The notes under the pieces are model-generated. The model was given only the letters and a program-made list of their open reading frames with translations. It did not search any database and had not been told where the DNA came from. From Acidimicrobiaceae bacterium (GTDB taxonomy: Bacteria; Actinomycetota; Acidimicrobiia; Acidimicrobiales; Aldehydirespiratoraceae), in assembly GCA_026708645.1 (NCBI GenBank), contig JAPOUM010000004.1, forward strand, positions 33,760 to 97,759: DNA of 64,000 nucleotides, read 5' to 3'. Both the position numbers and the translations under genes were made by a program. This document shows positions 9,291 to 18,753 of the stretch, one piece after another. Each line of letters opens with the position of its first letter. The first letter of the stretch is position 1.

Positions 9291-10145
9291 CTACCGCGCG
9301 GCTTGCCGCGGATCACGGTTATGCCAGTTCTTGTCCACCTTCACCGCAAGCTGCAGATAGGCCCCGTCGGGAAGCTCGGCACGCACCGCGGTTCCAACCT
9401 CTTTGAGCCGCGCCCCGCCCCGTCCGATCACGATGGCCTTCTGCGACGGTCGCTCGACGGTGATCTCGCAGCGCACCAACGGCCAGTCCCATTCGGTGAC
9501 CCGTGTGGTGATGGCGTGGGGCAGCTCGTCTCGCGCCACCGCCAGCAGCCGTTCCCGCACCAGTTCCGCCACCCAGAAAGCCGGCGAGCTGTCCGACACG
9601 GTCTCCGGCGGATAGAGCGGCGGGCTTTCGGGCAGACGCTGCACCAGATGCTCCAGCAACGCTTCCACTCCTTCGCCGGTGAGCCCGCTGACCGGGAAAT
9701 AAGCCTCGAAGTCGAGCTCTCCCAGAGCGGCGAGCTGCTGCAGCATCGTGTTGGGGCCCACCAGATCGGATTTGGTGACCACCACCACCGAATCAGACGG
9801 CAGCGACGCCGCTACGAAAGCGTCGCCGCGTCCGTACGGCGCTGCCGCGTCGATCACCAGGCAGGCCACGTCCAGGCCGTCCAGAGCCTGAGACGCCGCG
9901 GCGTTGAGGCGCTGCCCGAAGGCGTTGCGGGGTTTGTGTATCCCGGGTGTGTCGACGAGCACCAGCTGGGCGTCCGGGCGGGTCAGCACCGCGCGGGCCT
10001 CGGCGCGGGTGGTCTGAGGCTTGTCCGAGACGATCGACACCTTCTGCCCGATGATCCTGTTGATCAGCGTCGACTTGCCTGCGTTGGGACGACCCGCCAA
10101 CCCGACCATGCCGCTGCGGTGAGCCTGAGCCCGGGTCATGCTCAT
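9291..10145 (-). CDS. era: GTPase Era
   Basis: G1 GRPNAGKSTLIN, G3 DTPG, G4 TKSD, C-terminal KH domain. Confidence 0.9.
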   Translation of the reverse strand: MSMTRAQAHRSGMVGLAGRPNAGKSTLINRIIGQKVSIVSDKPQTTRAEARAVLTRPDAQLVLVDTPGIHKPRNAFGQRLNAAASQALDGLDVACLVIDAAAPYGRGDAFVAASLPSDSVVVVTKSDLVGPNTMLQQLAALGELDFEAYFPVSGLTGEGVEALLEHLVQRLPESPPLYPPETVSDSSPAFWVAELVRERLLAVARDELPHAITTRVTEWDWPLVRCEITVERPSQKAIVIGRGGARLKEVGTAVRAELPDGAYLQLAVKVDKNWHNRDPRQAAR

Positions 10146-10984
10146 GTTCTGGTGAGCCGCACCTGGGTGATGCGGCGGCCCTCCATGTGCTCGACGCGCA
10201 GCCCGAGACCGTCCACCTCGACGGTCTCGCCCACTTCGGGGACGTGGCCGAGCGTGCCGAAGATCAGGCCCCCGACCGTGTCCCAGTGATCATCGGGCAG
10301 TGCCGCGCCCACAAGAGCGTTGAGCTGGTCCACCGGCATGCGTCCGTGTAGTAGAGCCTCGCCGCCGGCTAGCGACTCCACCAGCTTCTCGGGCCGGTCG
10401 AACTCGTCGAAGATCTCGCCGACCAGTTCCTCGACGAGGTCTTCGAGGGTGACCAGCCCCGCGGTTCCGCCGTACTCGTCGACCACTATCGCCAAGTGCC
10501 CGCCGTCGGTTCGCATCTCTGCCAGCAGGCTGTCCACTCGTTTGGTTTCGGGAACGAAGACGGCGCGGCGCATCGAGCCGCGGACGTTGCCGTCGCCGCC
10601 GCCTGAGCGTTCACTGCGGGCCAGATCCTTCAACAGCACCACACCGACGATGTCGTCGATGTCGTCACTGCAGACCGGCAGGCGGCTGAGGCCGCGGTCG
10701 ATGGCCATCTCCAGAGCTTCGGTCACAGTCATGGCGGCGTCGACGGTGACCATGTCGGCGCGCGGCGCCATGACCTCGCGCACCACAGTGCGGTCCAACG
10801 CCAAAGCCGAGGCGATCATGTCGCGTTCGGCGTCGTCGATGGTGTCGGCTCGGGCGGCGGCGTCGGTCAGGGCGATCAGCTCGTCCTCACTGGCCGGCGC
10901 GTCGCTGTTCTTGGCGCGCCCCGAGCGGCGCCGCCTGCCGCGTCGGCGCTCCGGCAGCGCCTCGGGCCGGCTGTGTCTAGTCAT
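10142..10984 (-). CDS. CBS-pair + CorC/HlyC C-terminal domain protein (YbeX/CorC-like, no DUF21 membrane domain)
   Basis: DDAERDMIASALALDRTVVREVMAPR followed by a CBS pair and a transporter-associated C-terminal domain. Start set at ATG 10984 (MTRHSRPE), because the longer track ORF runs through ybeY. Confidence 0.75.
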   Translation of the reverse strand: MTRHSRPEALPERRRGRRRRSGRAKNSDAPASEDELIALTDAAARADTIDDAERDMIASALALDRTVVREVMAPRADMVTVDAAMTVTEALEMAIDRGLSRLPVCSDDIDDIVGVVLLKDLARSERSGGGDGNVRGSMRRAVFVPETKRVDSLLAEMRTDGGHLAIVVDEYGGTAGLVTLEDLVEELVGEIFDEFDRPEKLVESLAGGEALLHGRMPVDQLNALVGAALPDDHWDTVGGLIFGTLGHVPEVGETVEVDGLGLRVEHMEGRRITQVRLTRT

Positions 10985-11609
10985 CACGCGAGGACGCTCC
11001 ACAGACTGCCGCCGTGTCTCGGCGGTGATGAGCGGCGAGCAGCCGTCGTTGTTGAGCCGCCATGAGCGCCGCTTCGCCGGGGTGCGCGTGGTCGTATCCC
11101 AGCACATGCAGAACGCCATGCACCACCAGCAGCGCCAATTCGTCATCGAGACCGCTGTCGGGGCCGCAAGAACCGCCGTCACCGCCGACGGCGCCGTCAC
11201 CGTTTCGGGCTGGAACTCGGACCGGGTCCTGTCGTCGCGCTCGGGCTGCGTAGGCGGGGCAGATCACCACGTCGCCCAGCAGCACCGTCGGCTCTGCGTG
11301 CCCGGCGTGAGCGTCGGCAGGCAGCGCAGGCTCGGCCTCTCTTGGTCGCGCGTCGATGGGGAAAGCCAGCACATCGGTGGGCCCCGACTCGCCCATGTGC
11401 AGAGAATTCAGCTCAGCCATGGCGCCGAGACCGACGAAGCGCAGGCCCAGCTCGCCGCAGTGGCAGCCTTCGGCTCGGAGCACGTCGGCAGCCAGCCGAG
11501 CCCAGCGCGCCGCATCGATCCGGTCGGAACCGGCAGTCGGCGACGTCTCGTCGGCTGCGACGACCTCGGGGCCGGCGGCGAGCGGGCCGTTTCCGGGGTC
11601 TGGGTCCAT
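10977..11609 (-). CDS. ybeY: rRNA maturation endoribonuclease YbeY
   Basis: Zinc motif HGVLHVLGYDH. Sits between the phoH-like and corC-like genes, as in ybeZYX operons. Confidence 0.85.
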   Translation of the reverse strand: MDPDPGNGPLAAGPEVVAADETSPTAGSDRIDAARWARLAADVLRAEGCHCGELGLRFVGLGAMAELNSLHMGESGPTDVLAFPIDARPREAEPALPADAHAGHAEPTVLLGDVVICPAYAARARRQDPVRVPARNGDGAVGGDGGSCGPDSGLDDELALLVVHGVLHVLGYDHAHPGEAALMAAQQRRLLAAHHRRDTAAVCGASSRDD

Positions 11610-11617
11610 CAGAAGAG

Positions 11618-12580
11618 TCAGCCCGAGCCTCGACGCTTGCGGCCCACGCGGTCATACGCGGTGACGATGTCGGCCACGATGCGGTGCCGGATCACGTCGC
11701 TGCTGCCCAGATGAGCGAAACCGATCCCCTCGATGCCGCCGAGCAGCTCCTCGATGCCGACGAGGCCGCTGCGCCCGCCAGCCACGTCGATCTGGGTGAC
11801 GTCGCCGGTGACCACCGCCCGAGAACCGAAGCCGATGCGCGTCAAGAACATCTTCATCTGCTCGGGCGTCGTGTTCTGGGCTTCGTCAAGAATGATGAAA
11901 CTCGAGTTGAGGGTGCGTCCACGCATGAACGCCAGCGGCGCCACTTCCACCGCGCCGCGTTCCAGCAGCCTCTCCATGCCCTCACTGCCGACCATGTCAT
12001 AGAGAGCGTCATAGAGCGGACGCAGATAAGGGTCGACCTTGGCCATGAGATCCCCAGGGAGGAAGCCGAGCCGCTCTCCTGCCTCCACAGCCGGGCGAGT
12101 CAGGATGATCCGGCTCACCTCGTCGTTGTGCAGCGCCCTCACCGCCATGGCCACGGCCAGCCAGCTCTTGCCGGTTCCGGCGGGCCCGATGCTGAAAGTG
12201 ATGACGCTGCGCCCCATCACATCGACGTAGCGTTTCTGGCCGGCCGACTTGGGCCGGACCACCCGGCCGCCCGCGGTGTGAAGCACGTCGTGGGTGAGCA
12301 CCTCTGAAGCGCTGACATTGCTTCGCACCATTTCGATGGTGCGTTCGATGGTGGTCACATCGAGGCGCTGGCCGTGCTCTAGCAGCACGATCAACTCCTC
12401 GAAAAGCCTGGCGACGGTCTCAGCCTCGTCGCCGAGCACGCTGAACTCGTTGCCGCGCAGATGGATCCGACTCCCGGGGAAGGCGCTCTCGAGCTGACGA
12501 AGATTGGCGTCGTGCTCGCCCACCAGCGGTCCTAGCAGGTGATTGGCGGGGACGCGAATAGTGGTGGCGGCCTCTGACAT
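11618..12580 (-). CDS. PhoH-like ATPase
   Basis: Walker A GPAGTGKSWLA and IILDEAQN. Start set at ATG 12580 (MSEAATTIRV), because the longer ORF overlaps tRNA-Arg. Confidence 0.85.
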   Translation of the reverse strand: MSEAATTIRVPANHLLGPLVGEHDANLRQLESAFPGSRIHLRGNEFSVLGDEAETVARLFEELIVLLEHGQRLDVTTIERTIEMVRSNVSASEVLTHDVLHTAGGRVVRPKSAGQKRYVDVMGRSVITFSIGPAGTGKSWLAVAMAVRALHNDEVSRIILTRPAVEAGERLGFLPGDLMAKVDPYLRPLYDALYDMVGSEGMERLLERGAVEVAPLAFMRGRTLNSSFIILDEAQNTTPEQMKMFLTRIGFGSRAVVTGDVTQIDVAGGRSGLVGIEELLGGIEGIGFAHLGSSDVIRHRIVADIVTAYDRVGRKRRGSG

Positions 12581-12682
12581 TTGTGTGCGAGCAAGGCTAC
12601 ACGACCAGCCCGTCGAATCTGCAATACCGCCCGGACTCTCGGCGACCCTTGCAGGGACGAACGAGAACGCGCCGCTGCTCGG

Positions 12683-12756
12683 CACCCCCGACAGGACTCG
12701 AACCCGCAACCTGAGGGGTAGAAACCCTCTGCTCTATCCAGTTGAGCTACGGGGGC
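12683..12756 (-). tRNA. tRNA-Arg (anticodon TCT)
   Basis: The reverse complement gives acceptor GCCCCCG, D-arm GCTC..GAGC, anticodon stem-loop GAGGG-TTTCTAC-CCCTC and T-loop TTCGAGT. Pair 1-72 is G-T. Confidence 0.85.
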
Positions 12757-12903
12757 GGAGCAATGCTACCGCTCGGCGTCGCAGCCGCAGCCGTCGGATC
12801 GCTGACTGAACCCGCGCTCCGGCTGCAACGACGACCACTGTCGGCCGCCTCGACCGATGCGGCGAATTCTCCGCTAGACTGAAATCTCCGCTTCGGCGGT
12901 CAT

Positions 12904-12981
12904 GGTGGCCGTAGCTCAGTCGGTCAGAGCGCCGGGTTGTGGTCCCGGAGGTCGGGGGTTCGATTCCCCTCGGTCACCCCA
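12904..12981 (+). tRNA. tRNA-His (anticodon GTG), with encoded G-1 and CCA
   Basis: GGTGGCCGTAGCTCAGTCGG..., anticodon stem-loop CCGGG-TTGTGGT-CCCGG, T-loop TTCGATT, 3' end CACCCCA. Confidence 0.9.
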
Positions 12982-13163
12982 GCTTCTCCCAGTCTGTCCT
13001 CACGGCTCTCTCAGAGTCGCCGGCGGACGTGCATGCCGCCTGCCGAGCAACGCCTCGTCGAACCCCCTCCCCCGCTTGGCGCGGCGGGCCCCGTGATGAC
13101 TCCCCGTGATGACGCTTTGCCGCTTCCGTGGAGCGCTCATGCGCTATCGTGATTCTCTTCAGC

Positions 13164-13237
13164 GCGCCTCTAGCTCAATTCGGCAGAGCAACGGACTCTT
13201 AATCCGCAGGTTCTGGGTTCGAGTCCCAGGGGGCGTA
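13164..13237 (+). tRNA. tRNA-Lys (anticodon CTT)
   Basis: GCGCCTCTAGCTCAATTCGGCAGAGC, anticodon loop CTCTTAA, T-arm CTGGG-TTCGAGT-CCCAG. Confidence 0.85.
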
Positions 13238-13391
13238 CCGTGCTCGAATTTGCACTCAGCTCAAGGGGCGTCTAGTGTGCAGCGCCGCAATACGCCTAGA
13301 ACTCGGACCGGCCGCGCTTCCCTCTTGATGCTGCGCCGGCTCTGAAAGGTTCTCGTCTAATGGATCACCGCCAAATGGATCGCCTCGCCTG

Positions 13392-14225
13392 ATGGGTAAC
13401 TCAGCGATCTTCGTCGACGCCGAATACCTCTACGCAGAGGGGGGACGGCTCTGCTGCAAGAGCTTCGAGCGCGACGACGTGCTCCTCTACGGCTTGGGCG
13501 CGAACGAGTTCCTCTCGGGCCTGGCCACGCGCGTCTGCGGCCACAAGCCGCTTCGCACCTACTGGTACGACAATGCCAACCAAGGCGAGGCCACTCCCGC
13601 GCAAATGCAGCTGGCGGTGCTGCCCAACATGAAGCTGCGACTTCAAACCGGGTCCGCTGATTCGTGCTCCTCCATCAGCTCGGCCATCAGACGGGACATG
13701 CTGACGCTCGCGGAGAATCAGGCCATATGCGACGCCTTCTTGCTGTCGGGCGACGAGAACCTGGTCAACTGCGTCGCCGAAGCACAAGACTTGGGGCTGC
13801 GAGTCACACTGGTGAAGATCAAGGACCACGAAGAGCCTTCGTGCGTCACAGGCTCGCTGAGAACCGAAGTCGACGAGGTGCTCAGCCTGGACCATGAAGA
13901 CCTGTCTCGCTTCATCCGGCGCCGACTCAGCCCCGACGACACCGCCTCGGATGCTTACGACCCCCTTGAGTCGGTGTCGATGGCCGCCGCCCAGTTCGCC
14001 GACAACTGGCTCAACACGGCGCCCGACGACGAGTTCGACGCCCTCTACGACCAGCGTCCGCGCATACCGGAGTCGCTCGACAGCGACCTGCTCTACGCGG
14101 TGGAGCACGTTCTCGGCGGAAGCCTTCGAGGCCAAGACCGCTTGCGACGGGCTGTGCGCCAGGCTTTCTGGGAACGGATCGACCAAGAGGTCGGCGACTG
14201 GCCTCCCATCAAGCAAGGGCTTTAG
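13392..14225 (+). CDS. NYN (LabA-like) domain protein
   Basis: N-terminus AIFVDAEYLY ... LRTYWYD ... FLLSGDENL is typical of NYN/LabA PIN-like nucleases. The gene stands alone immediately downstream of tRNA-Lys. Confidence 0.6.
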   Translation: MGNSAIFVDAEYLYAEGGRLCCKSFERDDVLLYGLGANEFLSGLATRVCGHKPLRTYWYDNANQGEATPAQMQLAVLPNMKLRLQTGSADSCSSISSAIRRDMLTLAENQAICDAFLLSGDENLVNCVAEAQDLGLRVTLVKIKDHEEPSCVTGSLRTEVDEVLSLDHEDLSRFIRRRLSPDDTASDAYDPLESVSMAAAQFADNWLNTAPDDEFDALYDQRPRIPESLDSDLLYAVEHVLGGSLRGQDRLRRAVRQAFWERIDQEVGDWPPIKQGL

Positions 14226-14287
14226 AGCGCTCTTTTAAGGTGCGCTTCCAAGGCGCACGCTCTCAGAGCGCCCGGCCGTGCGGAGGT

Positions 14288-15211
14288 TCACTCCGGGCCG
14301 GGTCGAACCTCTGTCGCGGGAACGCCGCGATCAGCCATGGCGAGCCACTGCGAGAGCGTCAGCGTCTCGGGCCTCGCGGCAGGGTCCACACCGGCCGCCG
14401 CGAAGCCTGCGTCGTCGATCAGTCCCGCCAGCGAACGACGCAGCATCTTGCGACGCTGACCGAACCCGGCACGAACCAGCTTCTCGAAGCGAGTCTCCGC
14501 CTCAGCCGACAGTCTCGGCAGGTCTCTGCTGTCGAGCCGCTCGACGCGCAGCAGCGCTGAGTCGACTTTGGGTCGGGGCCAGAAAACCGAAGGAGGCACC
14601 TTGCCCACTATCCGGGCCGCGGCGCGCCGCTCCAGCAGCACGCTGGGAATGCCGCGCGACCGGGATCCCGGAGGCGCCGTCAGACGTTCGGCCGGCTCTC
14701 GCTGCAACAGCACCGACATCGTACGGATTCTGTGAGCCGAGCGCAGCAGGCCGAGCACCAGCGGCGTGGCGATGTTGTACGGCAGGTTGGCCACCAGCAT
14801 CCAGCTCTCGCAGCCGGCCAGAAGCGGGTCGAAGTCCAGCTGGGCGGCGTCAGCCTCCAGCACTGTGACACGGCCGCCGGCGCATGCGCTGTCGTCAGGG
14901 CCGGCAATCCGGGACTCGTCGAGCAGTTCGCGCAGAGCCGCCGCCAAGCCTGCGTCCACCTCGACGGCCAGCACCCTGGCCCCGGCGGCCGCCAACGCGA
15001 AAGTGAGCGACCCCAGCCCGGCGCCGATCTCCAGGACATGGTCACCGGGACCTGCGCCGCTGAGCCGCACCAATCGGCGGATCGTGTTGGGGTCCACCAC
15101 GAAGTTCTGTCCGTGAGACCGTCGCGGCGTCAAACCGAAACGCTCGAGGAGCGCCTTGAGCTGCGGCTCTGTGTGGATCAGTCGGGCAGCTGCTTCTTGC
15201 AGGTCGGCCAA
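14288..15211 (-). CDS. rsmA: 16S rRNA (adenine1518/1519-N6)-dimethyltransferase
   Basis: QNFVVD and SAM motif VLEIGAGLGSLT. tatD / rpf-like / ksgA order as in mycobacteria. Confidence 0.9.
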   Translation of the reverse strand: MADLQEAAARLIHTEPQLKALLERFGLTPRRSHGQNFVVDPNTIRRLVRLSGAGPGDHVLEIGAGLGSLTFALAAAGARVLAVEVDAGLAAALRELLDESRIAGPDDSACAGGRVTVLEADAAQLDFDPLLAGCESWMLVANLPYNIATPLVLGLLRSAHRIRTMSVLLQREPAERLTAPPGSRSRGIPSVLLERRAAARIVGKVPPSVFWPRPKVDSALLRVERLDSRDLPRLSAEAETRFEKLVRAGFGQRRKMLRRSLAGLIDDAGFAAAGVDPAARPETLTLSQWLAMADRGVPATEVRPGPE

Positions 15212-16215
15212 GGATCCCAGCCGTTGATCTCATACAGCTGGTAGGCCATCTTGTCTTGATCCGACGGCGAAGCGTCTATCGGGTCGACTCCCACCAACTC
15301 CTCGTAATGCATCCCAGCCACCCAGTTCCAGGTGCGGACCGAGAACTGGTAGGCGCCCCGGTAGCGCCCTGTTCGACTGACAGCCCGGTAATTGTGCGTC
15401 GATTCGCAGAACCGCAAGACAGTCCACTGCTCCTCGGTGGTGCCCTCAGGCAGCGGATGCCCCGACGGCCCCACGGACTGGGGAGGCTCCGACGGATCGG
15501 CGGACTCGGGCCGCTCCGACGGCTCGGCGGAACCCATGGAATCGGAACCGAGAACCGCGACGCTCGTCGGCGGAGGCTCGGGAGTTGCGAGCACAGCCAC
15601 AGTCGTCGTCGTGGTCGTGGTGGTCGTGGTCGTGGTGGACGTGGTGGTAGTGGTCGTCGAAGGTTCCGTCGCAGGCTCGTCCGTTGCGGGAACAGTCGTC
15701 ACGGACGGGGCTGTCGCGGTCGGGGCAGGAAGTGTGGGCGTCGCTGGCTCGGGCGCCTCAGTGGCAGCAGCCGCGGCCGCGGCCGCAACAGTGGAAGTGG
15801 TGGTGCTGCGATTCTGTTCAGCCAGTTCGCTGGCGTAGTCGACGGCTTGGTCGCGGGTATGCCGCTGAGCGTCGGTCGACGACTCGGGAGTCTCGGAAAG
15901 CAGGCTCACAGAGGCATCGCTCACCGGATCGCCGGCCGAACCCGGGACCTCGGCGCCCGATTCGGCGGCCGCTACGACGGCTCTGGGGGCTTCAACAAGC
16001 GACTCTGCGTTAGCGACAGCGGCGTCGTCGGACTCCGCAGCGGAGTCCGACGTCGAGATCTGGACCGCGGCGAGCCCGCCCAGGCCGATGACCATCACCA
16101 AGCACACCACGCTGGCGGATCTGCCGAACCAGCTCCCGACAGCGAACTCTTTCAAATACTGGAGAGTCGAACCTCTAGGGGCCGCGTCGCCGTTGGAGTG
16201 GCCGGAGGTGCTCAC
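15178..16215 (-). CDS. Rpf-like transglycosylase-domain secreted protein with poly-Thr linker
   Basis: N-terminal TM segment. Thr/Pro-rich linker with a run of about 20 Thr. C-terminal CESTHNYRAVSRTGRYRGAYQFSVRTWN resembles the transglycosylase-like/Rpf fold. Position between tatD and ksgA. Confidence 0.7.
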   Translation of the reverse strand: MSTSGHSNGDAAPRGSTLQYLKEFAVGSWFGRSASVVCLVMVIGLGGLAAVQISTSDSAAESDDAAVANAESLVEAPRAVVAAAESGAEVPGSAGDPVSDASVSLLSETPESSTDAQRHTRDQAVDYASELAEQNRSTTTSTVAAAAAAAATEAPEPATPTLPAPTATAPSVTTVPATDEPATEPSTTTTTTSTTTTTTTTTTTTVAVLATPEPPPTSVAVLGSDSMGSAEPSERPESADPSEPPQSVGPSGHPLPEGTTEEQWTVLRFCESTHNYRAVSRTGRYRGAYQFSVRTWNWVAGMHYEELVGVDPIDASPSDQDKMAYQLYEINGWDPWPTCKKQLPD

Positions 16216-16988
16216 GACTCGACGGCCGGGTTCGTTTCGCGGGCGGCGTCACGCAGATAGAAGGCTCGCGTGGCGGCAAGAGTCGCTCGCTGCACGTCTC
16301 GCACATCCAGGCTCTTGGCGTCGGCCACAGCGGCGCCCACCACACTCACCCAAGCCGGCCGGTTCGCTTTGCCGCGATGCGGCACCGGCGCCAGATACGG
16401 GCTGTCGGTCTCGACCATCAGCCGGTCGAGCGGGCACAGCCGAGCGGAGTCCCGCACCTCGGGCGCCTTCGGGAACGTGATGATCCCAGAGAACGACAGC
16501 ATCGCCCCTCGTCGCAGGCATTCCTCGGCCTGGTGAGGCCCGCCCGTGAAGCAGTGCATCACCGTGCGCGACGGCATGCCTTCACTGTCGAGCACCGCGA
16601 AGGTGTCGTCCCAAGCCGCCCGGGAATGGACCACAAGCGGTAGATCGTAACGGTTGGCCAGCCCGATCTGTTCAGCGAAGACCTCGCGCTGGACCGGACG
16701 CGGCGAGTGATCGTAGAAATAATCCAAGCCGGCCTCGCCCACCGCGACCACTCCGGGCTGCTCCAGCAGACCCTCGAGTCCTGCGATGCCTTGCGAGGCT
16801 TCGTGGGGATGGACCCCGGCAGTGGCCCAAACCCCTCGATGGTCTCGCGCCACCGCGATCGCCTGTCGGGAGTCCTCAACGTCGGTTGCCACGTTGATCA
16901 GCAGTTCCACGCCCGCGTCACGCGCCTCAGCGACGACTTCCGAGGCGCCGTCGGCTGGAAGATGGCAGTGATTGTCGGCCCACGCCAC
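16212..16988 (-). CDS. tatD: TatD family hydrolase
   Basis: N-terminal metal motif (W)ADNHCHL, later HSR and ETDSPYL motifs. Confidence 0.85.
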   Translation of the reverse strand: MAWADNHCHLPADGASEVVAEARDAGVELLINVATDVEDSRQAIAVARDHRGVWATAGVHPHEASQGIAGLEGLLEQPGVVAVGEAGLDYFYDHSPRPVQREVFAEQIGLANRYDLPLVVHSRAAWDDTFAVLDSEGMPSRTVMHCFTGGPHQAEECLRRGAMLSFSGIITFPKAPEVRDSARLCPLDRLMVETDSPYLAPVPHRGKANRPAWVSVVGAAVADAKSLDVRDVQRATLAATRAFYLRDAARETNPAVES

Positions 16989-17021
16989 GGTTCTAAACCT
17001 GTTCCCGCAAGGCGCCCGCGG

Positions 17022-18671
17022 TCATCGGGGATCGCCTGCCACTAGGTCGAGCGCGGCGACGTCCACTTTGGCGAAAAGCGGACTCGGTTTCGGGATCGCC
17101 TTGCCCGGCACGAGGCTGGGCCGCTCCCAGCGCTCGACGGCGCCGAACAACGGATCCAGAGCCGTCGTGGAGAAAGGCAGATACGGCGCCAGACCGGTGC
17201 GCACGCCCGCTATCGCCTCGAGCGCGGTCCCCAGCACTGCGCCTGCGCGGTCCGGGTCGGTCGAGACCAGCTTCCACGGCTCGTTCGAGTTGAGGTAGGC
17301 GTTCACCGCGGCAGCGGACTCCATGGCGCTGCGCAAGCCGGCGCGAAGCTCCACCCGTTGGATGCATGAGGCTTCTTGCTGCAACGCATCGTCGACGCCG
17401 GAGAGCAGTTCGACGTCGCCGCTGCGGCGCTCGCCCGGCGACGGCACTGCACCCCCGAGCGCCGAGCCGGCCAGCGACAGCACCCGGTTTACGAGATTGC
17501 CCCAAGTGGCCACCAACTCGTCGTTGATGCGCCGGGCGATCTCTGCAACAGATATCTCGGTGTCTGCCTGTTCGGGCAGAGCCGCTGCCAAGGCGTAGCG
17601 CAAAGCGTCCGGCTCGAAGATGCTGAGCCCTTCGCTGATGGTCAGACCCACTCCACGGCTCGCAGCCATCTTCGCCCCCGAGAAGGTGACGTACTGGTTG
17701 GCGGGCACGTCGTCGGGCAGATGCAGTGCGCCGTAGCCCATGAGCTGCGCGGGCCAGAGCATGGTGTGGAAAGGGATGTTGTCCTTGCCGATGAAATAGG
17801 CGTGATAGGCGTCGTCGTTGTGCCACCAGCGCTTCCAGGCTTCGGGGTCGCCGCTGCGAGCCGCCCACTCCTGCGACGCCGACAGATAGCCGATCACAGC
17901 GTCGTACCACACATAAATGCGCTTGCCTTCGCCTAGATCATCGACGGGGAGCTCCACTCCCCAATCGAGATCCCGCGTGATGGCGCGGTCTTGCAAGCCT
18001 TCTTTGGTCCAGCCGAAACTGGAGTTGAGCACATGAGCGCGCCATCCCTGGCGGGATTTGAGCCACGAATCGACCTGCTCGGTGAAGTCGGAGTAACGGA
18101 AATAAAAATGCTCGGTGGCGCGCAGTTCGGGCACGGCGCCGGTGAGGCGCGAGCGGGGCTCGATCAGTTCGACGGCGTCGAGGGTGCTGCCGCAATTCTC
18201 GCACTGGTCGCCCCGGGCCGCTTCGAAGCCGCAGTACGGGCAGGTGCCTTCGATGTAGCGGTCAGGCAGGAAACGCTCGCCGACCGGGTCATAGAACTGC
18301 TCGGAGACGCGCTTGTCGATGAAACCCTTCGACAGATGCGCCATGAACATGTCCTGGGTCGCTGAGGCGTGGTTGGAGGTTCCGGTGGTGGTGTAGAGAT
18401 CCCAGGAGATCCCCAGAAGCTCCCACTGGCGGCAGAACTCCGAGTGGTAGAGGTCGACGATCTCCGCAGGGGTGACCCCTTCGGCGTCGGCGCGCACGGT
18501 GATGGGCGTGCCGTGGACGTCGGAGCCGCTGACCATCAGAACGTCGTTGCCGGCGAGTCGCTGATATCGGGCGTAGATGTCCGCAGGCAGGTAAGCCCCG
18601 GCCAGATGGCCGAGATGGCGGCTTCCCGACGCGTAGGGCCACGCGACCGCGACAAGTACCGGCACCGCCAT
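17022..18671 (-). CDS. metG: methionine--tRNA ligase
   Basis: HIGH-type HLGHLAG, KMSKS-type KMAASRG, zinc knuckle CPYCG...CENCG. Confidence 0.9.
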   Translation of the reverse strand: MAVPVLVAVAWPYASGSRHLGHLAGAYLPADIYARYQRLAGNDVLMVSGSDVHGTPITVRADAEGVTPAEIVDLYHSEFCRQWELLGISWDLYTTTGTSNHASATQDMFMAHLSKGFIDKRVSEQFYDPVGERFLPDRYIEGTCPYCGFEAARGDQCENCGSTLDAVELIEPRSRLTGAVPELRATEHFYFRYSDFTEQVDSWLKSRQGWRAHVLNSSFGWTKEGLQDRAITRDLDWGVELPVDDLGEGKRIYVWYDAVIGYLSASQEWAARSGDPEAWKRWWHNDDAYHAYFIGKDNIPFHTMLWPAQLMGYGALHLPDDVPANQYVTFSGAKMAASRGVGLTISEGLSIFEPDALRYALAAALPEQADTEISVAEIARRINDELVATWGNLVNRVLSLAGSALGGAVPSPGERRSGDVELLSGVDDALQQEASCIQRVELRAGLRSAMESAAAVNAYLNSNEPWKLVSTDPDRAGAVLGTALEAIAGVRTGLAPYLPFSTTALDPLFGAVERWERPSLVPGKAIPKPSPLFAKVDVAALDLVAGDPR

Positions 18672-18753
18672 GGCGAACAGATTACTGCCTCGGAGGCTGA
18701 GATAAAGGGACGGCGGACCTGCCGGCGTGCCCTCTCAGCGACAACGGAGACCC

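Noticed and set aside
15560-15680. Repetitive gtcgtggtggt DNA inside the rpf-like gene as a non-coding repeat
   Set aside because: It is in frame and encodes the poly-Thr linker of a secreted protein, which is an ordinary low-complexity linker.
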